Positions 43,006 to 52,057 of a DNA stretch of 64,000 bases are shown one piece after another (position 1 is the stretch's first letter; the number at the start of each line of letters is the position of its first letter). The notes beneath the pieces were generated by a model. It had not been told where the DNA came from, ran no database searches, and saw only the letters and a list, made by a program, of their open reading frames with translations. The stretch is from sequence record KX009778; one strand, given 5' to 3'. Position numbers and translations under genes: made by a program. The stretch is from Escherichia phage UFV-AREG1.

Positions 43006-44487
43006 ACCTTGGTAATCCAACAGATTATCAAGAGCACGAACTTGAACTTCTGCCAATTCATTAATTTTATCTTGGTCTTGCCAGTCAAAATTATCCAGTA
43101 CGAATGCAGAGAGAGTACACAATCCAATTTCAGCATCAGGACTATTCACATCATTTGTTGGAATAGCAATTTCACAGCACAAGTTACTCTGACGAATAGG
43201 TGCCTTTTCACGAATAAACGGAGTATAGTTATTCGTATTATCAATGAACTGCACATAAATCCTTGCTGTTCCTGAGCGTTCAGTCATGAGCAATTCAAAT
43301 AGTTCACGGGCTTTAATACGCTTTTTACGAATATTAGGGTCTTTTTCTGCTGCTTCGTATAATTCACGGAAACGGTCTTGGTCTTTAAAATAAGAATAAT
43401 AAAGCTCGCCACCCATTTCATGTGGACTGAACAAAGTAATATAATCGTTCTTTCCGAATCGTTCCATCATCAAATCATTCAGTTGAACACCATAATCCAT
43501 ATGACGAATGCGGTTTTCTTCTACGCCTTTGTTATTTTTCAAAACGAGAAGATTTTCAACTTCCAAATGCCAAATAGGATAATAAGCAGTAGCAGCGCCG
43601 CCACGAATTCCACCCTGTGAACATGATTTAACTGCAGTCTGAAAATGTTTCCAAAAAGGAATAACACCAGTATGACGTACTTCACCCATGCCAATTTTAG
43701 AACCTTCAGCACGAATCATACCAACATTAATACCAATTCCAGCGCGTTTAGAGATATATTCAACAATTGAAGCGGAAGCCTTATTGATAGACTTCAATGA
43801 ATCTCCTGCCTCAATAACGACGCATGAACTAAACTGCCGAGTTGGAGTACGACAGCCAGCCATAATAGGAGTTGGTAATGAAATCTGTCGAGTAGATACC
43901 GCTTCATAAAAACGAATAACGTGTTTTAATCTATCAACAGGTTCATCTTGATGCAATGCCATTCCAATAGTCATAAATGCAAACTGTGGAGTTTCATAAA
44001 TTTGACCAGTGGTTTTATCTTTAACGAGATATTTTTCTTTTAATTGCATCGCCCCGGAATAAGTAAATTCCATATCCCGCTCGTGCTTAATTTTTGATTC
44101 TAAAAATGTAATTTCTTCTGCTGAATATTTTGACAGCAGTTCAGGGTCATATTTACCTTCATTTACACAGTAAGAAATATGGTCAATAAATGAACGTGGT
44201 TCATATTGTCCGTAAACATGCTTACGAAGAGCAAACATTAAACAGCGTGCAGCTACATATTGATAATCAGGTTCTTCAACCGAAATAGAATTCGCAGCGG
44301 CCTTAATGACAATAGTCTGAATATCATCAGTGGTCATTCCATCACGGAGATATGATTTAATATTTTCATATAATTCATAAGGATCTACAGATGTTCCTTC
44401 AGCTGCCCAAGATAAAACTTTAATAATTTTTTGTGGGTCAAAGCTCTGAGAAACACCACTACTTTTGATAACATTAATTAATTGCAT
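42985..44487 (-). CDS. nrdA: Ribonucleotide reductase large subunit NrdA, N-terminal fragment
   Basis: 500 aa; contains active-site SNLCCEI and continues through repeat B copy 1, then frameshifts into repeat A copy 2 and stops (…DYQGLYSVYS*). Confidence 0.8.
   Translation of the reverse strand: MQLINVIKSSGVSQSFDPQKIIKVLSWAAEGTSVDPYELYENIKSYLRDGMTTDDIQTIVIKAAANSISVEEPDYQYVAARCLMFALRKHVYGQYEPRSFIDHISYCVNEGKYDPELLSKYSAEEITFLESKIKHERDMEFTYSGAMQLKEKYLVKDKTTGQIYETPQFAFMTIGMALHQDEPVDRLKHVIRFYEAVSTRQISLPTPIMAGCRTPTRQFSSCVVIEAGDSLKSINKASASIVEYISKRAGIGINVGMIRAEGSKIGMGEVRHTGVIPFWKHFQTAVKSCSQGGIRGGAATAYYPIWHLEVENLLVLKNNKGVEENRIRHMDYGVQLNDLMMERFGKNDYITLFSPHEMGGELYYSYFKDQDRFRELYEAAEKDPNIRKKRIKARELFELLMTERSGTARIYVQFIDNTNNYTPFIREKAPIRQSNLCCEIAIPTNDVNSPDAEIGLCTLSAFVLDNFDWQDQDKINELAEVQVRALDNLLDYQGLYSVYS
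43007..43119 (-). repeat. Direct repeat B, copy 1 (113 bp)
   Basis: Identical to 41880..41992. Confidence 0.9.
43142..43228 (-). repeat. Direct repeat A, copy 1 (87 bp)
   Basis: Identical to 42919..43005. Confidence 0.9.
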
Positions 44488-44804
44488 AAGTCCTCAACTT
44501 GAAAATCGTCTTTAAACAATCGGTTAACTATATGAGCTATTATATCACCATGACACGGCTTTGGTTTACATGTGCATCCTAGCCTCATTCCACGTAAAGG
44601 CTCTAAATGTGCTTTAGTTATTTCTCCGGATTTAATTCGACGTATAAAATCTTTTTTGAATAATTCAATGGCAGCCTCCCGGCTGCCAGCATCTTTACCG
44701 ACGTAATTTCCCCAAAATGTACCACGGTGAATATTAACATCAAAGTCGGATTTATATTTATTCACTACCTGGCATAGACGGCCCGCGCGGTGATAATTCG
44801 TCAT
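44478..44804 (-). CDS. Hypothetical Cys-motif protein (nrdA.1 position)
   Basis: 108 aa; [11 protein letters not shown] motif. Confidence 0.7.
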   Translation of the reverse strand: MTNYHRAGRLCQVVNKYKSDFDVNIHRGTFWGNYVGKDAGSREAAIELFKKDFIRRIKSGEITKAHLEPLRGMRLGCTCKPKPCHGDIIAHIVNRLFKDDFQVEDLCN

Positions 44805-45021
44805 ATTGTTTTTCCGTTAATACAGTAATATCATAGTAACAATCTGAAGAAGTTTTAACTGTGGAAATTTTATTATCAAAATACTCACGAGTCATTTTAT
44901 GAGTATAATATTTTTTACCATAAATGATAATAGGCTGTTCTGGTCCTGGAACTTCTAACTCGCTTGGGTTAGGAAGTGTAAAAAGAACAACGCCAGAAGT
45001 ATCTTTAAATCGTAAAATCAT
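44758..45021 (-). CDS. Hypothetical protein (nrdA.2 position)
   Basis: 87 aa ORF. Confidence 0.6.
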   Translation of the reverse strand: MILRFKDTSGVVLFTLPNPSELEVPGPEQPIIIYGKKYYTHKMTREYFDNKISTVKTSSDCYYDITVLTEKQYDELSPRGPSMPGSE

Positions 45022-45878
45022 ATTGCCATTTTCCCTTTAATTGCCGGATGCGATTCATAATTTTCAAGGATAAAATCTTTCGGTTTCATGTATTCAGTTA
45101 ACCAGTAAAGCTGTGTTTCGGTGTCACAATTTTCAAACTCTATAGGCCAATCAATTTTAAGTTCGCACAGTTCTTTAGGCTCACGACGTAAAATTTCTTT
45201 ACATTGTTCTACGTGATTCATATAGATATGAGTATTACCACCAGAAAATATCAAATCTCCTGGGATAAGATTACACATCTTAGCCATAATATGCGTCAAG
45301 GCAGCGTACGAGGCAATGTTGAATGGCAAGCCCAAGAAAACATCTACACTTCTTTGGTACCACTGTAAATCAAGATAACCATTACGCACATTAAACTGAT
45401 AGAACATATGACAGGGTGGTAATGCCATTTGATTGATTTCAGCTGGATTCCATGCTGAAACGATTTGACGTCGATCAGTTGGTAATTTTTTAATACGATC
45501 AATAGTTTCAACTAATTGATCCACACCACCGAAATCACGCCATTGTTTACCATATATAGGACCCAGTTCACCACTATGATATCCTAGGTCTTTAGCTTGG
45601 TTTTCATAATTGTCATCCCAGATAGTTTTACCTTGAATAAGACTACCGTGAGTAAGAAGACGTAAATCATTAACATTGGTAGAACCGGAAATAAACCATA
45701 AAAGCTCAGCAATGCATGCATTCCAGGCGAGCTTCTTAGTTGTTACTGCAGGAAAACCTTTACTTAAATCCCAGCGTAATTTAGTACCGAACAAAGCAAT
45801 TGTTCCTGTGCCCGTTCGGTCATCGGTTTCATAGCCATTTTCAAAAATGTCTTTAATTAAATCTTGGTATTGTTTCAT
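45018..45878 (-). CDS. td: Thymidylate synthase (intron-less)
   Basis: 286 aa continuous ORF; active-site region ALPPCH; no group I intron. Confidence 0.95.
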   Translation of the reverse strand: MKQYQDLIKDIFENGYETDDRTGTGTIALFGTKLRWDLSKGFPAVTTKKLAWNACIAELLWFISGSTNVNDLRLLTHGSLIQGKTIWDDNYENQAKDLGYHSGELGPIYGKQWRDFGGVDQLVETIDRIKKLPTDRRQIVSAWNPAEINQMALPPCHMFYQFNVRNGYLDLQWYQRSVDVFLGLPFNIASYAALTHIMAKMCNLIPGDLIFSGGNTHIYMNHVEQCKEILRREPKELCELKIDWPIEFENCDTETQLYWLTEYMKPKDFILENYESHPAIKGKMAI

Positions 45879-45923
45879 TTAGTACCTTATATAAATTATA
45901 ATACATTTTATGAAGCTAAATAA

Positions 45924-46271
45924 TCAATACGGTTTAGCATCAAATTTTCTCTCAATTTCAGGCGTGAAATATAATTCTTTACCGCGTTTGGAAAAGCGAC
46001 CAATAATATGATAATTATTCTCATCAAACGTGATATTACCAATATCCATAGCTTTCAACCAAATATCGATATTTCTATCCAACTTTATGTCAAAATTCCA
46101 ATACGGAGAACTATTACCGAAAATACTGCAAGCGGATTCAGTAAAACAACTACTATAAATCTTATCTTTAGGAACTACTAATTGATAGACACCTTTAATA
46201 AACTGAGGACCCTGCCATTTTGGTTGTTTCGTGTCTTTTTCTAATAGAATAGGGTAATAATTAAAATTCAT
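45924..46271 (-). CDS. Hypothetical protein inserted between frd and td
   Basis: 115 aa ORF with no recognisable motif; occupies the frd-td junction. Confidence 0.6.
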   Translation of the reverse strand: MNFNYYPILLEKDTKQPKWQGPQFIKGVYQLVVPKDKIYSSCFTESACSIFGNSSPYWNFDIKLDRNIDIWLKAMDIGNITFDENNYHIIGRFSKRGKELYFTPEIERKFDAKPY

Positions 46272-46290
46272 ATTTCCGCCACGCGTTATT

Positions 46291-47117
<827 letters not shown>

Positions 47118-47127
47118 ATTATTTTCC

Positions 47128-47370
47128 TTAAACAGACTTTTTCACATTTTTCCAATCAGCTTTAAACTGCTCGACGTCAGAATGGTAAATCCAAAATCCT
47201 GCGCTTTCTCCATCTTCATAAAGAGGACATCCATCGCATTCATCTTCCCATCCCATATCACGTAAAAGATGTTCAGCTTTTTCAACAAGTTCAGAATCTT
47301 TACCGATGATATTAAAATACCATTTACCTTTAACTTGTGAATCTTTGATGCTCTGGCGTTGTAATCTCAT
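47128..47370 (-). CDS. Hypothetical protein (frd.2 position)
   Basis: 80 aa ORF with early-type promoter upstream. Confidence 0.65.
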   Translation of the reverse strand: MRLQRQSIKDSQVKGKWYFNIIGKDSELVEKAEHLLRDMGWEDECDGCPLYEDGESAGFWIYHSDVEQFKADWKNVKKSV

Positions 47371-47424
47371 TTTATTCTCCTTAGTTGATAGGGTAATAGT
47401 ATCACACTACTACCCTGATGTAAA

Positions 47425-47790
47425 CTACTTTTTGAAAGTTTTTCGCAAAAGTTCAATAATTTCATCTACATTGTTTTCGTCAACAATGCAGTGAATTTTC
47501 GTTACGCCGGAAACCTTGTCTTCGACTTCATCTTCTTCAGAAGTAGGTTCTTTATACTCACGAAAACAATGAAATTCGTCTTCACAAACGTTAAAGTAAA
47601 AATGCTTTCCATTTGCGCATTCAATGTGTTTTATTACTCTAAATCCATCAGCAGAGAAAGCTTCTTTAACTTCAAACCATCCGCCATTTTCTTGAATAAT
47701 TTTAACTATTGCTGAATTAGAACGTGGGCGATAATTAATAAATGTATCAATAAGTCTTGGAACAAGTTCATACTTTTTACCGATATACAT
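47425..47790 (-). CDS. Hypothetical protein (frd.3 position)
   Basis: 121 aa ORF. Confidence 0.65.
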   Translation of the reverse strand: MYIGKKYELVPRLIDTFINYRPRSNSAIVKIIQENGGWFEVKEAFSADGFRVIKHIECANGKHFYFNVCEDEFHCFREYKEPTSEEDEVEDKVSGVTKIHCIVDENNVDEIIELLRKTFKK

Positions 47791-47800
47791 TTTCTTTTCC

Positions 47801-47818
47801 TCATTTTAATAGGGGCTT
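47801..47818. terminator. Hairpin aggggct-tgat-agcccct
   Basis: 7 bp stem-loop between two minus-strand ORFs. Confidence 0.45.
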
Positions 47819-47834
47819 GATAGCCCCTTAATAA

Positions 47835-48062
47835 TTACTGTTCAATAAATCCTGTGTAAAATTCTACATCTTCAGCATCCATACCGTCACAGTATTCATT
47901 AACCATAAACTGTTTAAGACGATCTAAAGGACCTTCAATAACAACTGAAACATTACAATTAGGATCATTTAGTGCGCTTATGATACTAAGTTCAGGATAA
48001 CGATTACGAATAATTTCTTCAATATATTCAAAATCAACAACATCAATATCAATTTTAGCCAT
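47835..48062 (-). CDS. Hypothetical acidic protein
   Basis: 75 aa ORF. Confidence 0.6.
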   Translation of the reverse strand: MAKIDIDVVDFEYIEEIIRNRYPELSIISALNDPNCNVSVVIEGPLDRLKQFMVNEYCDGMDAEDVEFYTGFIEQ

Positions 48063-48104
48063 ATTATTTTCCTCTTTAATTATCAGCAGTATTGCCGATA
48101 GTTG

Positions 48105-48135
48105 TATAGTACCACATTATGCTTTGGTTGTAAAC
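48105..48135 (-). promoter_or_regulatory. T4 early-type promoter (GTTTACA-N17-TACTAT)
   Basis: Consensus-like -35 and -10 in minus sense, just downstream of the gene 32 terminator. Confidence 0.45.
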
Positions 48136-48166
48136 AGTTTTGTGAAAAATTTTTAAAATAAAAAAG

Positions 48167-48185
48167 GGGACCCTAGAGGTCCCCA
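48167..48185 (-). terminator. Intrinsic terminator downstream of gene 32
   Basis: ggggacc-ctaga-ggtcccc with A run on plus = U run in minus transcript. Confidence 0.7.
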
Positions 48186-48206
48186 ATTAATTAGTAATAT
48201 AATCTA

Positions 48207-49112
48207 TTAAAGGTCATTCAAAAGGTCATCCAGGTCCGTGTCATCAGCACTAGATGAACTGCCAGAGCTTGAGCTCATAAAATCATCTTCAGTTTTTGTT
48301 TTGAAGTCATCAACATTGAATGCATCCAAATCATCAGCAACTTTATCAGCTTTCTTAGCGGCAGTTGCAGCGGCACCGCCCATCACAGCAGTTCCCATAA
48401 CTTGACCGAATTTAGTATTCAGTTCTTCAAACGATTTGAATTTATCTTTAGAAGTCATTTCAGAAAGGTCAACCATTTGTTCGAACAGTTCTTTCTGGAA
48501 AGATTCATCGTCAATGTTTGGAATCGCAGATTGATTCAGGAATTTAGATTCGTCGTAGTTACTAAATCCAGAAACTTGTTTAACTTTTAGTACAAAGTTA
48601 GCACCTTCCCACGGACAAGTTACATCAACCGGAGTTTCACCCATTTCAACATCAACCGCAATCATTGCATTGATTTTATCCCAGATTTTCTTACCGAAAC
48701 GGTATTTAAATACTTTACCTTCGTTTTCTGGAGCAGCCGGGTCTTTTACTACAAGAATGTTAGCCCAGTAAGAAGTTTTGCGTTTAACAAGACTGTACTC
48801 TTTATTGTCAGTGTTGTACAAATCATTTTTACTGATGTACTGACATACTGGGCAAGAATCGTAATCACCGTGGGTAGATGAACATGTTTCAATATACCAT
48901 TTACCATTTTTCTTGAAACCGTGATTTACAAGAATTGCGAATGGTGCTTGTTCATCATTTTTAGACGGAAGAAAACGAATTACTGCTTGACCGTTACCCG
49001 CATTATCGAGTTTCAGTTTCCACTCGCCTTTATCTTCAGAAGAAAAACCTTTATTGCCATTCAGTTTAGCCATTTGTGCAGCAAGTTCAGCAGTAGATTT
49101 ACGTTTAAACAT
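48207..49112 (-). CDS. 32: Single-stranded DNA-binding protein gp32
   Basis: 301 aa; acidic Ser/Asp-rich C-terminal tail; matches T4 gp32. Confidence 0.96.
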
Positions 49113-49161
49113 TTTATTTCCTTTTTAATTTAATTAACAGTTGGTGCTATGACACTTTACC

Positions 49162-49791
49162 TCATAGCTGGCATAATTTGCAATACTCTGGGTCTTCGAG
49201 AGGTATCCAACCTGAGTTGAAATACTTTACCATCGATTTAGCAGTTGTATCAGTTATATTTATATTACCTTTAACTCTTCGCCATCCAGGAGTTTTACCG
49301 TACAGATTAGAGGATAATAACACATAATTCTCGTAAGCAATATGAGATAATTTCCAAGACTCTATATTAGCTCGTGATGTTTTCCAAGGTCTAAAATCAT
49401 CACGGTTCATATAATTAGCCAATCTCATATGCTCTCTAACTTCCGGGTCTTTGGCTGGATGAGTTTCACCACTCACACCAAATCCACCACCAGCATATAC
49501 CAGATTAAAATAGTCTGGATTATCTCTGGCATTTACTTCAAGTTGGTATTTTCGTTCTGCTTCAATAACATCCAAGTCATCATCAATTTGAATTATTTTA
49601 ACGCTCGGTTTTTGAAGCATTACCGCATTCAAAAATCTTTTTTGTTTACATGAGCTCCAGTATTCCTTTCCGGAAGAGTCATATATTATTCCGTTCTCAA
49701 ATGAGCAATTTAATTTACTACCGATATAGTAGTATGGCGGAGTCTTATTTTTGACACGGTCTTCAAATGTAAACCAATATACTATATTCAT
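49162..49791 (-). CDS. Putative GIY-YIG homing endonuclease (Seg-like, segG position)
   Basis: 209 aa; N-terminal IVYWFTF…YYYIGSK then IEAERKYQ…N, resembling a GIY-YIG core; sits between genes 59 and 32. Confidence 0.6.
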   Translation of the reverse strand: MNIVYWFTFEDRVKNKTPPYYYIGSKLNCSFENGIIYDSSGKEYWSSCKQKRFLNAVMLQKPSVKIIQIDDDLDVIEAERKYQLEVNARDNPDYFNLVYAGGGFGVSGETHPAKDPEVREHMRLANYMNRDDFRPWKTSRANIESWKLSHIAYENYVLLSSNLYGKTPGWRRVKGNINITDTTAKSMVKYFNSGWIPLEDPEYCKLCQL

Positions 49792-49792
49792 A

Positions 49793-50446
49793 TTAATACT
49801 TGCAAGATTTCACAGTTTCAATAAAAACTTTTTTAGCTTCCTGTGAATCAATATTTAAAATTTTTCTATAAGCCTTTAACTTTATAGAATAATTATTCCA
49901 GACTAAATTATCAGTCTGTTCATCATGTTTATCAATTATATTTAAAAACGAATCAAGCAAGATAAACGTCTCAAACGAAATTATGTTCGATTGCAGAAGT
50001 TTAAAAATATAACTTGATTGAACTTTTGGATTATATTCAAAAATTTCTTTAAAAGCAGAAACTTCAACTTTTTTACTAAAATAATAAATGTTGCGAATAT
50101 CTTCTTCAAACTTAAATTTAATTTGCTTTAAGCGTCCGATATATTCACGATAAAACACAAGTGCATCAGCGTCAGAGATGTCACCAATCCAAGCATCCTG
50201 GTTAGCAACCAGATTGCTTATAAAGATTAAAGCAAGTTCCTTTAATTTATATTTTTCTGATAACTTCTGGAAAAAATACTTATCCCTTCGCTTTTGATAA
50301 GCGGCATCAGACACCCGCATGCACCAATTGTACTTAATAACATCATATTTTCCATTCATATGTTGTTTTATCATTAAGTATAATTTATAAACTGATTTAC
50401 CATCAATATATCTTTCACCACCAGCAGGCATGCGGAGTTTAATCAT
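49793..50446 (-). CDS. 59: Helicase loader gp59
   Basis: 217 aa, matches T4 gp59 length; synteny. Confidence 0.9.
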   Translation of the reverse strand: MIKLRMPAGGERYIDGKSVYKLYLMIKQHMNGKYDVIKYNWCMRVSDAAYQKRRDKYFFQKLSEKYKLKELALIFISNLVANQDAWIGDISDADALVFYREYIGRLKQIKFKFEEDIRNIYYFSKKVEVSAFKEIFEYNPKVQSSYIFKLLQSNIISFETFILLDSFLNIIDKHDEQTDNLVWNNYSIKLKAYRKILNIDSQEAKKVFIETVKSCKY

Positions 50447-50781
50447 AGTAGAAAATCTAATGTATTAGTTTTTTCACAACGAACAACAGAAGGACGTAAA
50501 AGATTTTCGTCAATAGCTTCTGACTGAATTTTTTCAATTATACCCGAAGGAATAAATTTAGCAAATTGAGTTTCAGGAATAGAATTTTCTTCCAAGAATG
50601 CTGTTGTAGCTTCAAGATAACTCATTCCAAACTCTTCTACCATTTTTTCAATAATAAATCCATTTTCTTGACGATCAAGAAGCTTTGCTATTTCATCCTT
50701 TTCTTTCTTAATTGAAAGTTCTTTTTCTGAAAGACCGGTCTCATCGACCGGACGAATATCATTTAGAGAAAACTGTGTCAT
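50443..50781 (-). CDS. 33: Late transcription co-activator gp33
   Basis: 112 aa from ATG at 50781 (MTQFSLNDIRP…); ORF open to 50790. Confidence 0.88.
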   Translation of the reverse strand: MTQFSLNDIRPVDETGLSEKELSIKKEKDEIAKLLDRQENGFIIEKMVEEFGMSYLEATTAFLEENSIPETQFAKFIPSGIIEKIQSEAIDENLLRPSVVRCEKTNTLDFLL

Positions 50782-51028
50782 AAAGTTCAACTACCTCTTC
50801 AGTTTCAGCTTCAAACACATCACGATTATCTTTATGATACAAAGCTAATAGACGATTAAACATCTTACCATCAACACCAAGTTCATCTTTGGCACGAATT
50901 CGAATATCTTTAATCAGTTCATTATAACCGGAAATTTTCAGTTTATGATCAGATGCTTCTTTAATAAATTTAGCCAAGTCTTCGCCATGGATAGCTTCAT
51001 CAAATTCAACCACTTCTTTTTTAGCCAT
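50759..51028 (-). CDS. dsbA: dsDNA-binding protein DsbA
   Basis: 89 aa, synteny. Confidence 0.85.
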   Translation of the reverse strand: MAKKEVVEFDEAIHGEDLAKFIKEASDHKLKISGYNELIKDIRIRAKDELGVDGKMFNRLLALYHKDNRDVFEAETEEVVELYDTVFSK

Positions 51029-51036
51029 TATTCACC

Positions 51037-51954
51037 TCAAAATTCATTAATGCTATTAGTTAATTTAGAAAGACCCGCTTTTACAAAATATGAATAAATT
51101 TTGCCACGCGGTGGTAATTTATATGAATTATAGTAATTCACAATGTTTGAAGCAATATTATCAGGAATATAATCAAAATCAATTAGAACTAAATTTTCTT
51201 TATAACGATTATATTCAGATTCTGTGAGAAGCACCTTAGCTTGCTCACGGTCATTAGCAATAGCTTCAACGATTGAAGTTTTCATTGAAGGAGTTCGTTC
51301 ACCTTCAACTCTGGTAAACCAAAAGTCAGATCGTACTTTAACTGAAGCAACGTTATCCTTTTTGTCACCTTTAAGGATTTTAGTCATACAGTCAATTTCA
51401 GCAGAACCGCTTTTAATTTTAACCCATTTCTTATGCATCGGTGACCATTGCTTAACATTTGGATATTTGTGAAGCTGTGTAAAGTCACCATCCGATGAAA
51501 TGATTAAAATCTTATGTCCTTCTAAAGAGAACTTTTTAACAAGAACAGCAATGTGGTCATCCGCTTCATACTTATCAATATCCATAACAATGTATGGCAT
51601 ATAAGCTTTCAATTCATCTATAACTTTATGGCTGGATTCAAAATAACCTTCCCAGTCCCAAGTAGATTCTTCTCGTGCTTTTCCGCGGTTTTTCTTATAA
51701 TAATACGCGAAATCACGACGCCAGTATCCAGATTTCGCATTATCGATACACAGTACAATTTTAGTGTATCCAAGAGCTTTTGCTTTTTTGACATTAAACT
51801 TAATTGAGTTCAATATCAAATGACGAACCATTGATAAATTAATTTTTTCTTTATCTGGGAAGTTTACCAAAGCAGTTGAAAGCGCAATTTGACTAAAGTC
51901 AATTAAGCAAATTCCTTCTTTGTAATCTTCATCCAGCATCATTTCTAAATCCAT
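51037..51954 (-). CDS. rnh: RNase H (5'-3' exonuclease / flap endonuclease)
   Basis: 305 aa from ATG at 51954 (MDLEMMLDEDYKEG…); ORF open to 51969. Confidence 0.93.
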   Translation of the reverse strand: MDLEMMLDEDYKEGICLIDFSQIALSTALVNFPDKEKINLSMVRHLILNSIKFNVKKAKALGYTKIVLCIDNAKSGYWRRDFAYYYKKNRGKAREESTWDWEGYFESSHKVIDELKAYMPYIVMDIDKYEADDHIAVLVKKFSLEGHKILIISSDGDFTQLHKYPNVKQWSPMHKKWVKIKSGSAEIDCMTKILKGDKKDNVASVKVRSDFWFTRVEGERTPSMKTSIVEAIANDREQAKVLLTESEYNRYKENLVLIDFDYIPDNIASNIVNYYNSYKLPPRGKIYSYFVKAGLSKLTNSINEF

Positions 51955-51983
51955 ATGAACCTCGTTCAATTAGTGAGATTTCT

Positions 51984-52013
51984 ATTATATACCATCCAAA
52001 TCTTAAAGTAAAC
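51984..52013 (-). promoter_or_regulatory. T4 early-type promoter (GTTTAC-N18-TATAAT) upstream of rnh
   Basis: Reverse complement gives GTTTACtttaagatttggatggtaTATAAT. Confidence 0.5.
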
Positions 52014-52016
52014 AAG

Positions 52017-52024
52017 TATAAATA
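52017..52024 (+). promoter_or_regulatory. T4 late promoter TATAAATA upstream of gene 34
   Basis: Exact octamer 33 nt upstream of ATG. Confidence 0.6.
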
Positions 52025-52057
52025 CTTATTATTGAAAACACAATAGGAGCCGGGAGA

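Noticed and set aside
42831-43136. 101 aa ORF on minus strand overlapping the nrdA N-fragment
   Set aside because: It is repeat B copy 1 read out of frame, running into repeat A copy 2 in the nrdA frame; a by-product of the duplication, not an independent gene (though its 3' tail may be the relic terminus of a donor-type nrdA N-fragment).
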